Shown: one piece after another, positions 54,485 through 63,322 of the stretch
Layout of the letters: the number at the start of each line of letters is the position of its first letter
Numbering within the stretch: the first letter of the stretch is position 1
Assembly: GCA_965212375.1 (NCBI GenBank)
Contig: OZ243108.1
Coordinates: 2,436,353 to 2,500,352 of the forward strand
Direction: 5' to 3'
Length of the DNA stretch: 64,000 nucleotides
DNA from: an uncultured Pseudohongiella sp.
GTDB taxonomy: Bacteria; Pseudomonadota; Gammaproteobacteria; Pseudomonadales; Pseudohongiellaceae
Notes under the pieces: generated by a model
The model's input: only the letters and a program-made list of their open reading frames with translations
Told to the model about the DNA's origin: nothing
Database searches by the model: none
Translations under genes and position numbers: made by a program

Positions 54485-56794
54485 ATGAATTCGATGCAGC
54501 AAGCCCAAACCCAGAAGGTACTGGTCTGCCCAAAAACGCTGCTGCGACCCTTCCTGCTCGTATTGCTGCTAACGGTGACCTGGGATTCTTATCTCGGCGC
54601 CCAGACCAGCAACGACTCAACACTGATCATCTATGGTACGGGCGGCATAACCAACTACGATCTGTCGTTTAACCAGGCTTTCCTGGATGCCCTGGGCCCC
54701 ACCCTCGGCGCTACCGCGGTTCCGGAAGTGATTAACCTGCATCTCGCCACGGAGCGGCAGCGCGCCAACTATGCCGAGTCATTGCGCATTAAATACGGCG
54801 ACAGCAACCTGCCCGTAGTGGTCACGTTATTCGCCGATGCCGAAGCATTCGTGTCTGACTATGGCGACGTTTTTGCACCGGATGCCGTCCACATTCATGT
54901 CTTGCCGGGCGAAAGCTTTGTCCTGGATGCTTCCCCGGAATCCGATGATGAGCAGCACTACAGTGTACCCAGCGTTATTCAATCAGCGGTGCGCGAAACC
55001 GCTGGCCTGATCAACAGGCTGTACCCGCAATTGGACACACTCTATGTGCTCAGCGGTGCAGGTTTTACTGATCGCAGCTACCTGGAGCGCTACCGGGTCA
55101 CGCTATCGGAGCTTGACCTGCCGTTTCAGATTGAATACCTGGTGGGCCTGCCGCTGTCGGAATTGCAGCGCCGCATCGGCGCCCTGTCTGGCAACAATGC
55201 CTTGCTCATGGCCACCTACGACGTGGACCGCGATGGCGTCCCTTCGACCACGCGCGGGGTGGCACGCACCCTGACTGACGAATTCAATATACCCCTGTTC
55301 GCCAATATCACCGAGCTGGTTGAGGTTGGCAGTGTGGGCGGCAGCATTACCCCCACCGCCAGCTACGCTCAGGCTGCTGCCACGCTGGTGAGCAGTGTCC
55401 TGGCAGGGACTCCCCCAGCGGCGCCAGTGATTGCCGAAACGCGATTCCAGTTCAACGGGGCCATGCTTGATCGTTTTCAGATTAATCGCGCTCTGCTGCC
55501 GCCCGGCAGCGAGATTGTCAACGATGTCCCCAATCTGTGGCGCGACTATGGCAACTGGATCGTGGTGGGGCTGGCGATTATTGTTGCGCAACTGGTATTG
55601 ATTTCACTGTTGCTGCTGGCGGTACGTCGCCGCAAGGCCGCGGAAGCGAAGCTGCTGGCCGTCAACAAGCTCGAGGCGCTGGGCAATCTGGCCGGTGGTA
55701 TCGCGCACGACTTCAACAACATCCTGATGGCGATGATGGCCAATGCCGAACTGGCCAGCCTTGACGCTGACAACGCCGACAAGGTGAAACCACGTCTCAG
55801 GCAATTGCTGCTGGCTGGCAATCGCGCCAAGGGGCTGGTAGCCCAGATCCTCATGTTCAGTCGCGACGCCTCTATCCAGCTCAATGAAGACGTGGACATG
55901 GTGCAGCTGGTCGGCGAGTCCATCGAACAGATTCAAAGCCTGATCAGCAACTCTTGTACAGTGTCCTGCGACTACGCCCTGGATGCGGCCTGGGTAAGGG
56001 GCGACCCCAATCAATTACATCAGGCCCTGATGAATATCTGCATCAACGCCAAACACGCCATGGAAGATGGCGGCAAACTACGGATCGAGGTGAAGGAAGA
56101 AACCATCGACGCGGCACAGCGAATTCACAACCAGATAATGCCGGCAGGCACCTACGTGAGCGTGCGCGTTAACGACACCGGCAAGGGGATTTCCCCCGAG
56201 CATCTGCCCCATATTTTCGAACCGTTCTACACCACCAAGCCATCCGGCAAGGGCACCGGTCTGGGTCTGGCCCTGGTGTATCGCATTATCAAGGCTCACG
56301 ATGGATATATTGATGTCAGCTCCAGCCCCGATGTGGGAACCACGTTCACGATTTACCTGAAACCGATAGCGCGACCGGAATCGACAGCTATTCCGGTACT
56401 GCAGGACAGCACGCCACGGGGTCACGGCGAACATATTCTGTTGGTGGACGATGACCAGATGGTGCTCGATACCAACCGCCAATGCCTGCAGCAACTAGGC
56501 TATCGCGTCACGGCATTTGGCAGCTCCCTTGATGCCCTGCACACCTTCAATGCTGACCCGCAGACGTTTGATCTGGTCTACACCGATCTGTCCATGCCGG
56601 AAATGGATGGTGCCCGGCTCGCGACGAATATCCGTCAACGCCGAGCTGATATCGGTATCGTGCTGAATACCGGCTACCTGGATGCAGTGGACAATGTCGA
56701 CATTGAGAACCTGCGCTTGATCAGCAAGCCCGCCGATATCAACCAGATTGCGGTGGCAGTTGCCGAGGTGCTGAGAAACTCGCCCGGGCACTGA
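54485..56794 (+). CDS. hybrid sensor histidine kinase/response regulator, paralogue of the preceding gene
   Basis: 769-aa ORF with the same architecture. Many blocks are identical to the upstream gene (NLWRDY, GGIAHDFNNILMA, HIFEPFY.TKPSG.GTGLGLALVYRI). Confidence 0.85.
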   Translation: MNSMQQAQTQKVLVCPKTLLRPFLLVLLLTVTWDSYLGAQTSNDSTLIIYGTGGITNYDLSFNQAFLDALGPTLGATAVPEVINLHLATERQRANYAESLRIKYGDSNLPVVVTLFADAEAFVSDYGDVFAPDAVHIHVLPGESFVLDASPESDDEQHYSVPSVIQSAVRETAGLINRLYPQLDTLYVLSGAGFTDRSYLERYRVTLSELDLPFQIEYLVGLPLSELQRRIGALSGNNALLMATYDVDRDGVPSTTRGVARTLTDEFNIPLFANITELVEVGSVGGSITPTASYAQAAATLVSSVLAGTPPAAPVIAETRFQFNGAMLDRFQINRALLPPGSEIVNDVPNLWRDYGNWIVVGLAIIVAQLVLISLLLLAVRRRKAAEAKLLAVNKLEALGNLAGGIAHDFNNILMAMMANAELASLDADNADKVKPRLRQLLLAGNRAKGLVAQILMFSRDASIQLNEDVDMVQLVGESIEQIQSLISNSCTVSCDYALDAAWVRGDPNQLHQALMNICINAKHAMEDGGKLRIEVKEETIDAAQRIHNQIMPAGTYVSVRVNDTGKGISPEHLPHIFEPFYTTKPSGKGTGLGLALVYRIIKAHDGYIDVSSSPDVGTTFTIYLKPIARPESTAIPVLQDSTPRGHGEHILLVDDDQMVLDTNRQCLQQLGYRVTAFGSSLDALHTFNADPQTFDLVYTDLSMPEMDGARLATNIRQRRADIGIVLNTGYLDAVDNVDIENLRLISKPADINQIAVAVAEVLRNSPGH

Positions 56795-56913
56795 GCTTGC
56801 CTGTCACTGCGCATTGTTCGCCCGTAGCGCCCCTGCACTGACACTATCTTTACTCTGAAACCCTGCTGATGCAGAATTTCCGACCATGATCCACACTCAC
56901 CAGGGACGTTGCC

Positions 56914-57396
56914 GTGGAACCCATCAATGCTGTTGAATCTATCGCCAGTGTTATCCAGCTTGCGGTAGCACCGGTTTTCCTGCTGGCCGGTATCGCTGGC
57001 ATGCTCAACGTACTCGGTATCAGGCTGGGCCGCGTGGTCGATCGGGCCCGTGTGGTTGAAGCCCGCCTGGCCATTGAGAAACACTCCGAGCGCCGCGACA
57101 TTCTGCAGTCTGAAACCGAAGCCCTGTGGAAGCGCATTCGTCTGGTCAACTGGTCAGTGCGGATGTTCGTCAGTGGCGCGCTGCTGGTATGCATGGTGAT
57201 CATGACCCTGTTTCTCGGCGAACTGGCGGGGCTAAACCTGTCTTTCACCATCGCGGCACTTTTTATTGGAGCCATGTGTCTTCTTATTTTTGGCCTGATT
57301 CTGTTCCTGTTCGAAGTGAGCATCTCGACGCGGCGGATCCGTCAGGGTATTACCGAGATACTGCACAAGGATGAAGAAGAACAGCCGCCTGTTTGA
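56914..57396 (+). CDS. DUF2721 family membrane protein
   Basis: 160-aa ORF with an N-terminus typical of the family (SVIQLAVAPVFLLAGIAGMLNVL) and three TM helices. Confidence 0.7.
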   Translation: MEPINAVESIASVIQLAVAPVFLLAGIAGMLNVLGIRLGRVVDRARVVEARLAIEKHSERRDILQSETEALWKRIRLVNWSVRMFVSGALLVCMVIMTLFLGELAGLNLSFTIAALFIGAMCLLIFGLILFLFEVSISTRRIRQGITEILHKDEEEQPPV

Positions 57397-57426
57397 TCGC
57401 CCTTTAGGATTCAGCCAAATAGTAAA

Positions 57427-57458
57427 GGCGCTACTGCTAGTCAGCAGCGCCTTTTTTA
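57427..57458 (+). terminator. Rho-independent terminator
   Basis: GGCGCTACTG...CAGCAGCGCC stem followed by TTTTTT, about 30 nt after the stop of 56914..57396. Confidence 0.75.
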
Positions 57459-58248
57459 TTGCCAGATCAGTGGCTAGCTAAAAATATCGATAATGCGGCT
57501 GTACCTGGGTAAAGCCACCGCTGGGCGCGACAGTCCGCCAGGCCTCATCGTCCAGCACCTGGCCATCAATGCGCGGAACCGTGGTCAGGGGAAAACGCGG
57601 TGGTCGACGGACGAACCGCATTGGTGATGACATTCCGGGCAGTGTGGCTGCGGGTAACCCCAACAGGGTGGCAGCCGCAGCAACAAACAGGGCTCGCAAG
57701 CGCAACGCGCCGCCTGGCGTATCCATTATAAGTCTCTCCTGGAGACAGTACCGGTGTGTGGCTCTTGTTATGGGGCGAATGGCCTGGCCGGACACTGGAA
57801 AGCGCGGTAAAGTGGCTAGAAGTTTCTGCAATATCAATTGTTTAGCCAAAGCATCAGCCGTCGTAACTGCAATAAGTTGTTACGTCACCAGGCGCTCGCC
57901 CCACCGCGATCGAGCACTGCAGCAAGGCCTCCCCCTGCATTGCTGGCCAGCTGCGAAAACTCAGCCCCGGTTCAGTTTTCGAGCAATATCCTGTCAGTTT
58001 ATGACTGTCTGGCGACCACCAGCGATCACCAGCGTGTACATTGCGGCCAATGTGTCATCGCCAGGCCAACGGAGAACGTTCTCCCAGCTAGCGAAGGCAT
58101 GATTATGCGACCAACCCTGGGCAGTGGATTCCGGACTTTTTCAGGGTTAGAAAACGGGATACCATGCCCGCCTTTTTTTACCGGCGCGGCGTGCAGCAGC
58201 CTGACATGAAGGCCAATAAGGCCAAGTAAGATAGAGGAGAGATAAACA

Positions 58249-60450
58249 GTGCCTAGAGCAATAGTGTTCCTGATCCTGGGATTACTCAGTGTGACCGCAG
58301 CCCGGGCGCAAGACGCAAGTGTCGAGCGCGGCCGGGTGCTGTTCCAGAACGAGTGCTCCCGATGTCACGTGCCGGTCGAGATGGACGCGCGACTGCGCGC
58401 CCGCTGGGTGGGCCGTACTGGTCAGGAGCTCTACCAACAGATTCGCTCCACCATGCCAGCAGAGACCCCTGGCTCACTGAGCAATGAAGAGTACTATGAC
58501 CTCACTGCCTTCATCCTGCAGTCCGGCAACGTCAATATTGATGGCGGCACCATGGCGGTGTCGGCCCTGTCACGACTGGAGATTGACCCGGCAGTTGTGG
58601 CCGTCAATGCCGATGCCGAAGCGACGGTCAACTGGACACACTACAACGGCGATGAACGCGCCACTCGCTATGTACCAATCGATCAAATAAACGCCGATAA
58701 CGTCGATCAGCTGCAAGTGGCCTGGACACTGGATACCGGTCCCTTTGGGCCCAACCCGGAAACCTATAGCACCGCGACACCGCTGATGGTTAATGGCCGC
58801 CTGTTCACCACGGCTGGCCCAACCCGCAATGTGGTCAGCGTCGATGCCGCCTCGGGCCAGCTGCTGTGGATGTGGCGGCCGCAGGAAGACGAACGTTTTG
58901 ATGCCGCACCGCGCAAGGGCTCGGGCAAGGGCCTTGCCTATTACAGCAACGGCGCCGAGGAAGTCATTTTCACCATGACGCCGGGCTACTACCTGGTGGC
59001 ACTCAACGCCCATACTGGCGATCCGGTGCAGTCATTCGGGGCCGGCGGTTTTATCGATCTGCAGCAGGGCCTGCGCCGTGGCCCGGGTCGTGACGATCTG
59101 GATATCGGCATCACCTTCCCGCCCATGGTGGTGGACGATGTGGTCATTACCGGCGCCGCCCACGAGGTCGGCATGCGTCCGGTATCAGCCAGCAACGTCA
59201 AGGGCGACATCCGCGCCTGGGACGCCAACAGCGGTGAATTGTTGTGGACCTTCCAGACAATTCCCGAGCCCGGTGACAAGGGCTACGACACCTGGCTGAA
59301 TGGTTCCGCCAGCTACACTGGCAATGCTGGCGTCTGGGCCCCCATGTCTGCCGACCCGGAACGTGGCCATGTGTACCTGCCGGTCGAGTCCGCCACCGGC
59401 GACCGCTATGGCGGCGACCGCCACGGCAACAACCTGTTTTCCAGCTCCACCGTGGCGCTGGACTACCGCACCGGTGAAATGCAGTGGCATTTCCAGACCA
59501 CGCATCATGACATCTGGGATTGGGACACGCCGTCGGCGCCGCTGGTGATCGATTTGCCGGACGGCCGCGAAGCCGTGGTGCAAACCCTGAAGCAGTCGCA
59601 TCTGTTCATGTTTGATCCCGACACCGGCGAGCCCCTGTTTCCGGTTGAGGAACGACCGGTTCCCGCCAGTGATACCCCCGGCGAACAAACCGCACAAACC
59701 CAGCCATTTCCGCTGCTGCCGGCACCCTATGATCGACAGGGTTTCCAGGCCGATGACCTGAACGACATGACGCCCGAGATTCATGCCCGCGCCAGGGAAA
59801 TTGCTGCGGATTACCGCATGAGTGAACTGTTCACGCCACCGTCGCTGTACCAGCATCCGAAAGACGGCAGCCTCGGCACACTGCACCTGCCTTCTTCCAC
59901 CGGCGGCTCGAACTGGGAAGGGTCAGCCTATGATCCGGAAACCGGCATCATCTATGTGCCGTCCCGCACCGCCACCAGCGTGCTGTCTCTGGTCAATGAC
60001 CCGGATGCATCGTCGATACGCTATATCCAGGGCGGCGGTCGCTCCCCGTCAGTGGATGGTATTCCCCTGGTCAAGCCACCGTGGGGGCGCATCACCGCAA
60101 TTGACCTGACTACCGGTGAACACGTCTGGCAGGTAGTCAATGGTGACACCCCGGATGAAATCAGGAATCACGAACTGCTGGCCGGCGTCGATTTCCCCCC
60201 CACCGGCAAGCCCACCCGCTCCGGGGTCCTGCTCACCAAAAGCCTGCTGTTCCATGGCGAAGGTCCGGGCGGCGATCCTTACCTGCACGCCCTGGACAAG
60301 GCCACCGGTGAGCGCATTGCTGCGGTGCAATTGCCAGCGTCGGTCACCGGCGTGCCGATGACTTACGTTCTGGACGGCAAGCAGTACCTGGTGATGACGG
60401 TCAGCGATTTTCAGAACGCCGCAAAGTTGATCGCTCTCGCCCTGCCATGA
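58249..60450 (+). CDS. PQQ-dependent dehydrogenase (beta-propeller) with N-terminal c-type cytochrome domain
   Basis: 733-aa ORF (GTG start) with a signal peptide, a haem c motif CSRCH near residue 36, and PQQ-propeller tryptophan-docking repeats. Confidence 0.8.
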   Translation: MPRAIVFLILGLLSVTAARAQDASVERGRVLFQNECSRCHVPVEMDARLRARWVGRTGQELYQQIRSTMPAETPGSLSNEEYYDLTAFILQSGNVNIDGGTMAVSALSRLEIDPAVVAVNADAEATVNWTHYNGDERATRYVPIDQINADNVDQLQVAWTLDTGPFGPNPETYSTATPLMVNGRLFTTAGPTRNVVSVDAASGQLLWMWRPQEDERFDAAPRKGSGKGLAYYSNGAEEVIFTMTPGYYLVALNAHTGDPVQSFGAGGFIDLQQGLRRGPGRDDLDIGITFPPMVVDDVVITGAAHEVGMRPVSASNVKGDIRAWDANSGELLWTFQTIPEPGDKGYDTWLNGSASYTGNAGVWAPMSADPERGHVYLPVESATGDRYGGDRHGNNLFSSSTVALDYRTGEMQWHFQTTHHDIWDWDTPSAPLVIDLPDGREAVVQTLKQSHLFMFDPDTGEPLFPVEERPVPASDTPGEQTAQTQPFPLLPAPYDRQGFQADDLNDMTPEIHARAREIAADYRMSELFTPPSLYQHPKDGSLGTLHLPSSTGGSNWEGSAYDPETGIIYVPSRTATSVLSLVNDPDASSIRYIQGGGRSPSVDGIPLVKPPWGRITAIDLTTGEHVWQVVNGDTPDEIRNHELLAGVDFPPTGKPTRSGVLLTKSLLFHGEGPGGDPYLHALDKATGERIAAVQLPASVTGVPMTYVLDGKQYLVMTVSDFQNAAKLIALALP

Positions 60451-60483
60451 TCGCGCGCTGAGCTGCCAGCAAGCTAGTCCGAA

Positions 60484-60518
60484 AAACCCGGCCTTTACGA
60501 AGCGCCGGGTTTTTTTTA
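60484..60518 (+). terminator. Rho-independent terminator
   Basis: AACCCGGC...GCCGGGTT stem followed by a T8 run, after the stop of the PQQ dehydrogenase. Confidence 0.8.
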
Positions 60519-60689
60519 TGGCTGGCAGGTTGAAAAAACGGGGTTGCCATTGGTACTGTGTTTATATACAGTATTGATGAATTAATGGCTCAACGGCCAA
60601 CTGTCCAGCCGCACAGGCTTGTTTTTGCCAGCCTGCACTGGGTAATCTGTGGCCGACCAGCAAGCCAATCCCAGGGCAAGGAACAAGCC

Positions 60690-61328
60690 ATGGCAAAAAC
60701 TGACCGTCCCGGCTCACACCGCCAGAGCACACCCACCTCAGGCGCCAGCAGCGCAGCCAGCGAGCAGCGCTGCTGGTGGCCGGGTAACGACCCGATGTAC
60801 ATCGCCTACCACGACGAAGAATGGGGCGTCCCGGTGTACGACGACCAGAAGCATTTTGAATTCCTGTGCCTGGAAGGTCAGCAAGCCGGGCTGAGCTGGA
60901 TTACCGTGCTGCGCAAGCGGGAAAACTATCGCCGCGCGTTCAAAGGCTTCGACCCTGAGAAAGTCGCCCGGATGCGCGACAGCACCCTGGAAAAACTGCT
61001 CCTGGATACAGGCCTGATACGCAATCGCGGCAAGCTGTTTGCCGTGCGCAATAACGCCCGTATTTTTCTCGACATCCAGTCGGAATGCGGCTCCTTCACT
61101 GACTATATCTGGTCATTCGTGGGCGGCAAACAGCCGCTGGATGGCGCTCGTCGCGAGCGCAGTGACGTGCCCGCCACAACCCCGGAAAGTGATGCGCTGT
61201 CGGCGGATCTCAAGCAGCGCGGATTCAAGTTTGTTGGCAGCACGGTTTGCTATGCACACATGCAGGCAGCCGGACTGGTCAATGACCACACGCGTAATTG
61301 TTTTCGCTACCTGCAACTGAAAAGCTGA
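60690..61328 (+). CDS. tag: DNA-3-methyladenine glycosylase I
   Basis: ATG at 60690 inside track ORF 60558..61328. Tag motifs present (RCWW, YHDEEWGVPV, FEFLCLEGQQAGLSW, CYAHMQAAGLVNDH). Confidence 0.85.
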   Translation: MAKTDRPGSHRQSTPTSGASSAASEQRCWWPGNDPMYIAYHDEEWGVPVYDDQKHFEFLCLEGQQAGLSWITVLRKRENYRRAFKGFDPEKVARMRDSTLEKLLLDTGLIRNRGKLFAVRNNARIFLDIQSECGSFTDYIWSFVGGKQPLDGARRERSDVPATTPESDALSADLKQRGFKFVGSTVCYAHMQAAGLVNDHTRNCFRYLQLKS

Positions 61329-61396
61329 CGCATCTGGTTAGCCCAGACGCACAAGCTGTCCTGCAAATTACCAACCCAGTCCCGGAGGGATACAAC

Positions 61397-61777
61397 ATGA
61401 TTGGCTATGTCACACTCGGTACCAACGACTTACAAAAATCAGCCGCATTTTATGATGCTCTACTGGCGGAGATTGGCGCCAAACGCTTTATGGAATTCGA
61501 CACGTTTATCGCCTGGGCGGTCAGCCCGTCGGCACCGGCGTTGTCCATCACCGCTCCCCACAACAAGGAAGCTGCCACCGTTGGCAACGGCAGCATGGTG
61601 GCACTGGCGGTGGATTCCCCGGCGAAGGTGGATTCGATCTATAACAAGGCGATTGAATTGGGTGCCCAGGACGAGGGGCCGGCCGGGCCGCGCAGCGACA
61701 ATTTTTATGCCGGTTATTTTCGCGACCCGGATGGCAACAAACTGAACGTATTCTGCATTCCACAGGCCGGCAGCTAA
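61397..61777 (+). CDS. VOC (glyoxalase/bleomycin-resistance/dioxygenase) family protein
   Basis: ATG at 61397 preceded by GGAGGG. 126 aa with a typical VOC fold sequence (IGYVTLGTNDLQKSAAFYDALL...FRDPDGNKL). Confidence 0.8.
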   Translation: MIGYVTLGTNDLQKSAAFYDALLAEIGAKRFMEFDTFIAWAVSPSAPALSITAPHNKEAATVGNGSMVALAVDSPAKVDSIYNKAIELGAQDEGPAGPRSDNFYAGYFRDPDGNKLNVFCIPQAGS

Positions 61778-61944
61778 TCCTGTAGCCGTCGGCACGCAGC
61801 AGTCCGGGGCGAAACGATTCCGCCCCGGACTCGCCCGTCGATTTTGTCTACGCAAGCGGTATACGCTGCGCGCCCTGCACCACTGGATTTACCAGACCGA
61901 TAGAGAATTTCTAGCGCAATGCCACTGCCTGGAACAGCCTGACC

Positions 61945-62202
61945 CTACAAATTGCTGATGTGACGCTCCAGCTCAAAGCCGCGGTCGGTGACGATGCTCT
62001 CCAACACCACAATGCGCTCTTTCAACTGCCGAATCTCGGTTTTTAATTCATCAGTTGAATTGTCATTCAATTCCTTTCTGAGATCGCCGAACTTGCGGTC
62101 GGTACTGCGCTTGTACTTGAAGTATTCTGTGATGAAGGTGATCAAGCTGATTGGCAGCATAATCGCCATCATGATTGAAAACAGTTCCAGGCCTGCATCC
62201 AT
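61945..62202 (-). CDS. small single-TM protein, PspB-like (tentative)
   Basis: 85-aa ORF with an N-terminal TM helix followed by a charged helix (IRQLKERIVVLESIV) that resembles PspB. No pspA or pspC is adjacent. Confidence 0.5.
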   Translation of the reverse strand: MDAGLELFSIMMAIMLPISLITFITEYFKYKRSTDRKFGDLRKELNDNSTDELKTEIRQLKERIVVLESIVTDRGFELERHISNL

Positions 62203-62289
62203 GATCGATTCCCCTGTACAGTTAATGAGGCTGTAAGCAATAAGCAGTAGTCAGGCTTTACGTTTTGGCCCCTGTTGTCAGGGGCCTTT

Positions 62290-62359
62290 GTTATGAAATC
62301 CAGGCCATGAAAGAAAGGCCATGAAAAACAGGCCATGAAAGACAGACCATGCAAGCCAA
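62290..62359. repeat. 14-bp tandem repeat, about 5 copies (GCCATGAAAGACAG)
   Basis: GCCATGAAAGAAAG, GCCATGAAAAACAG, GCCATGAAAGACAG, ACCATGCAAGCCAA, plus a degenerate first unit. It lies about 90-160 nt upstream of the minus-strand start at 62202. Confidence 0.85.
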
Positions 62360-62696
62360 ACCTAAAAGCGACGAACGTCACATCCGGCACAACGGGTCAG
62401 ACCGACGGCAGCTTAGCCGCCCGCTGCCCCGTCATAACCGGGCCTGCCTCCATGGAAGAGCAAGATTCAGGCCAGCCAAATTTCTATCGAAATATCAGCA
62501 ACCTGGCGTATAGCCACTGACTAATCGTGGTGCGCATCTGGGGAAAACTACTAACTGTTGGCGATCCTGACAACCCGCGGTGTTTAACAAGGCAGTTTTT
62601 CGCCAGCTTGATTCTCTGCCAAATCCGGCGCTTTTTAGTAGTCTTTCTATTGGCATCCTATTGCGCTTTCTATTGCGCTTTCTATTACTCTTCCTA

Positions 62697-63191
62697 TTAC
62701 TCTTCCTCTTCCTCGATCTCGCGCTGGAGCCGGGCATAGGCGATGGAATTCATTTCCTGGGCGCGGTTGTCGAAGATTACGCGCTGCAGAATCCCCGCTA
62801 TGGACTGATGAAAATCGTCCACGTGCAGATAGGCGGCGACATTGCCATCAGTCGGATCAAGCGCGATCTGACGCAAATCGTTACGGTGATCTTCGGTAAT
62901 GATCAGCACCGGAGTCGGACCACGTAGCGGGCTACGCTTTTCATCCTGGCGAAGCCGAAACAGGAACTGATCCCGGGGGCGCTTGTAGTCATTCCAGCCG
63001 GTGATGATGCAGGACAGGCGATTGGTCAACATACCAAACAATCGATTGTACTGCCGCAACGCTTCAAGTGCGTTGACTTCATTATAGGTGTTGATGGTTG
63101 TATACAAGCCGGTTTGACCGATGAGCTTGGCGCATTCATCTACCAGCTCGTTGTTCAGGTCGTACAGCAGGACAACGGGTTTGAAACTCAT
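62697..63191 (-). CDS. hypothetical protein (receiver-like alternating pattern, acidic C-terminal tail)
   Basis: 164-aa ORF ending ...REIEEEEE. No canonical receiver Asp pocket was recognised. Confidence 0.55.
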   Translation of the reverse strand: MSFKPVVLLYDLNNELVDECAKLIGQTGLYTTINTYNEVNALEALRQYNRLFGMLTNRLSCIITGWNDYKRPRDQFLFRLRQDEKRSPLRGPTPVLIITEDHRNDLRQIALDPTDGNVAAYLHVDDFHQSIAGILQRVIFDNRAQEMNSIAYARLQREIEEEEE

Positions 63192-63322
63192 GGCCTGATC
63201 ACTTGTTCTTATTCGTTCTTATTTATCGGTGCTTGTTTGTATCGATATCGGCTTGGCGCAGCTGTTCCTGATTGGCACTGTGATGGACGACGCTGTTGCG
63301 CGCTGTCCCTGAACAGCGGTAA

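Noticed and set aside
60558-60689. Long N-terminal extension of the tag gene (track start 60558)
   Set aside because: Tag proteins are about 190-210 aa. The internal ATG at 60690 gives a normal length, and the extension is not Tag-like.
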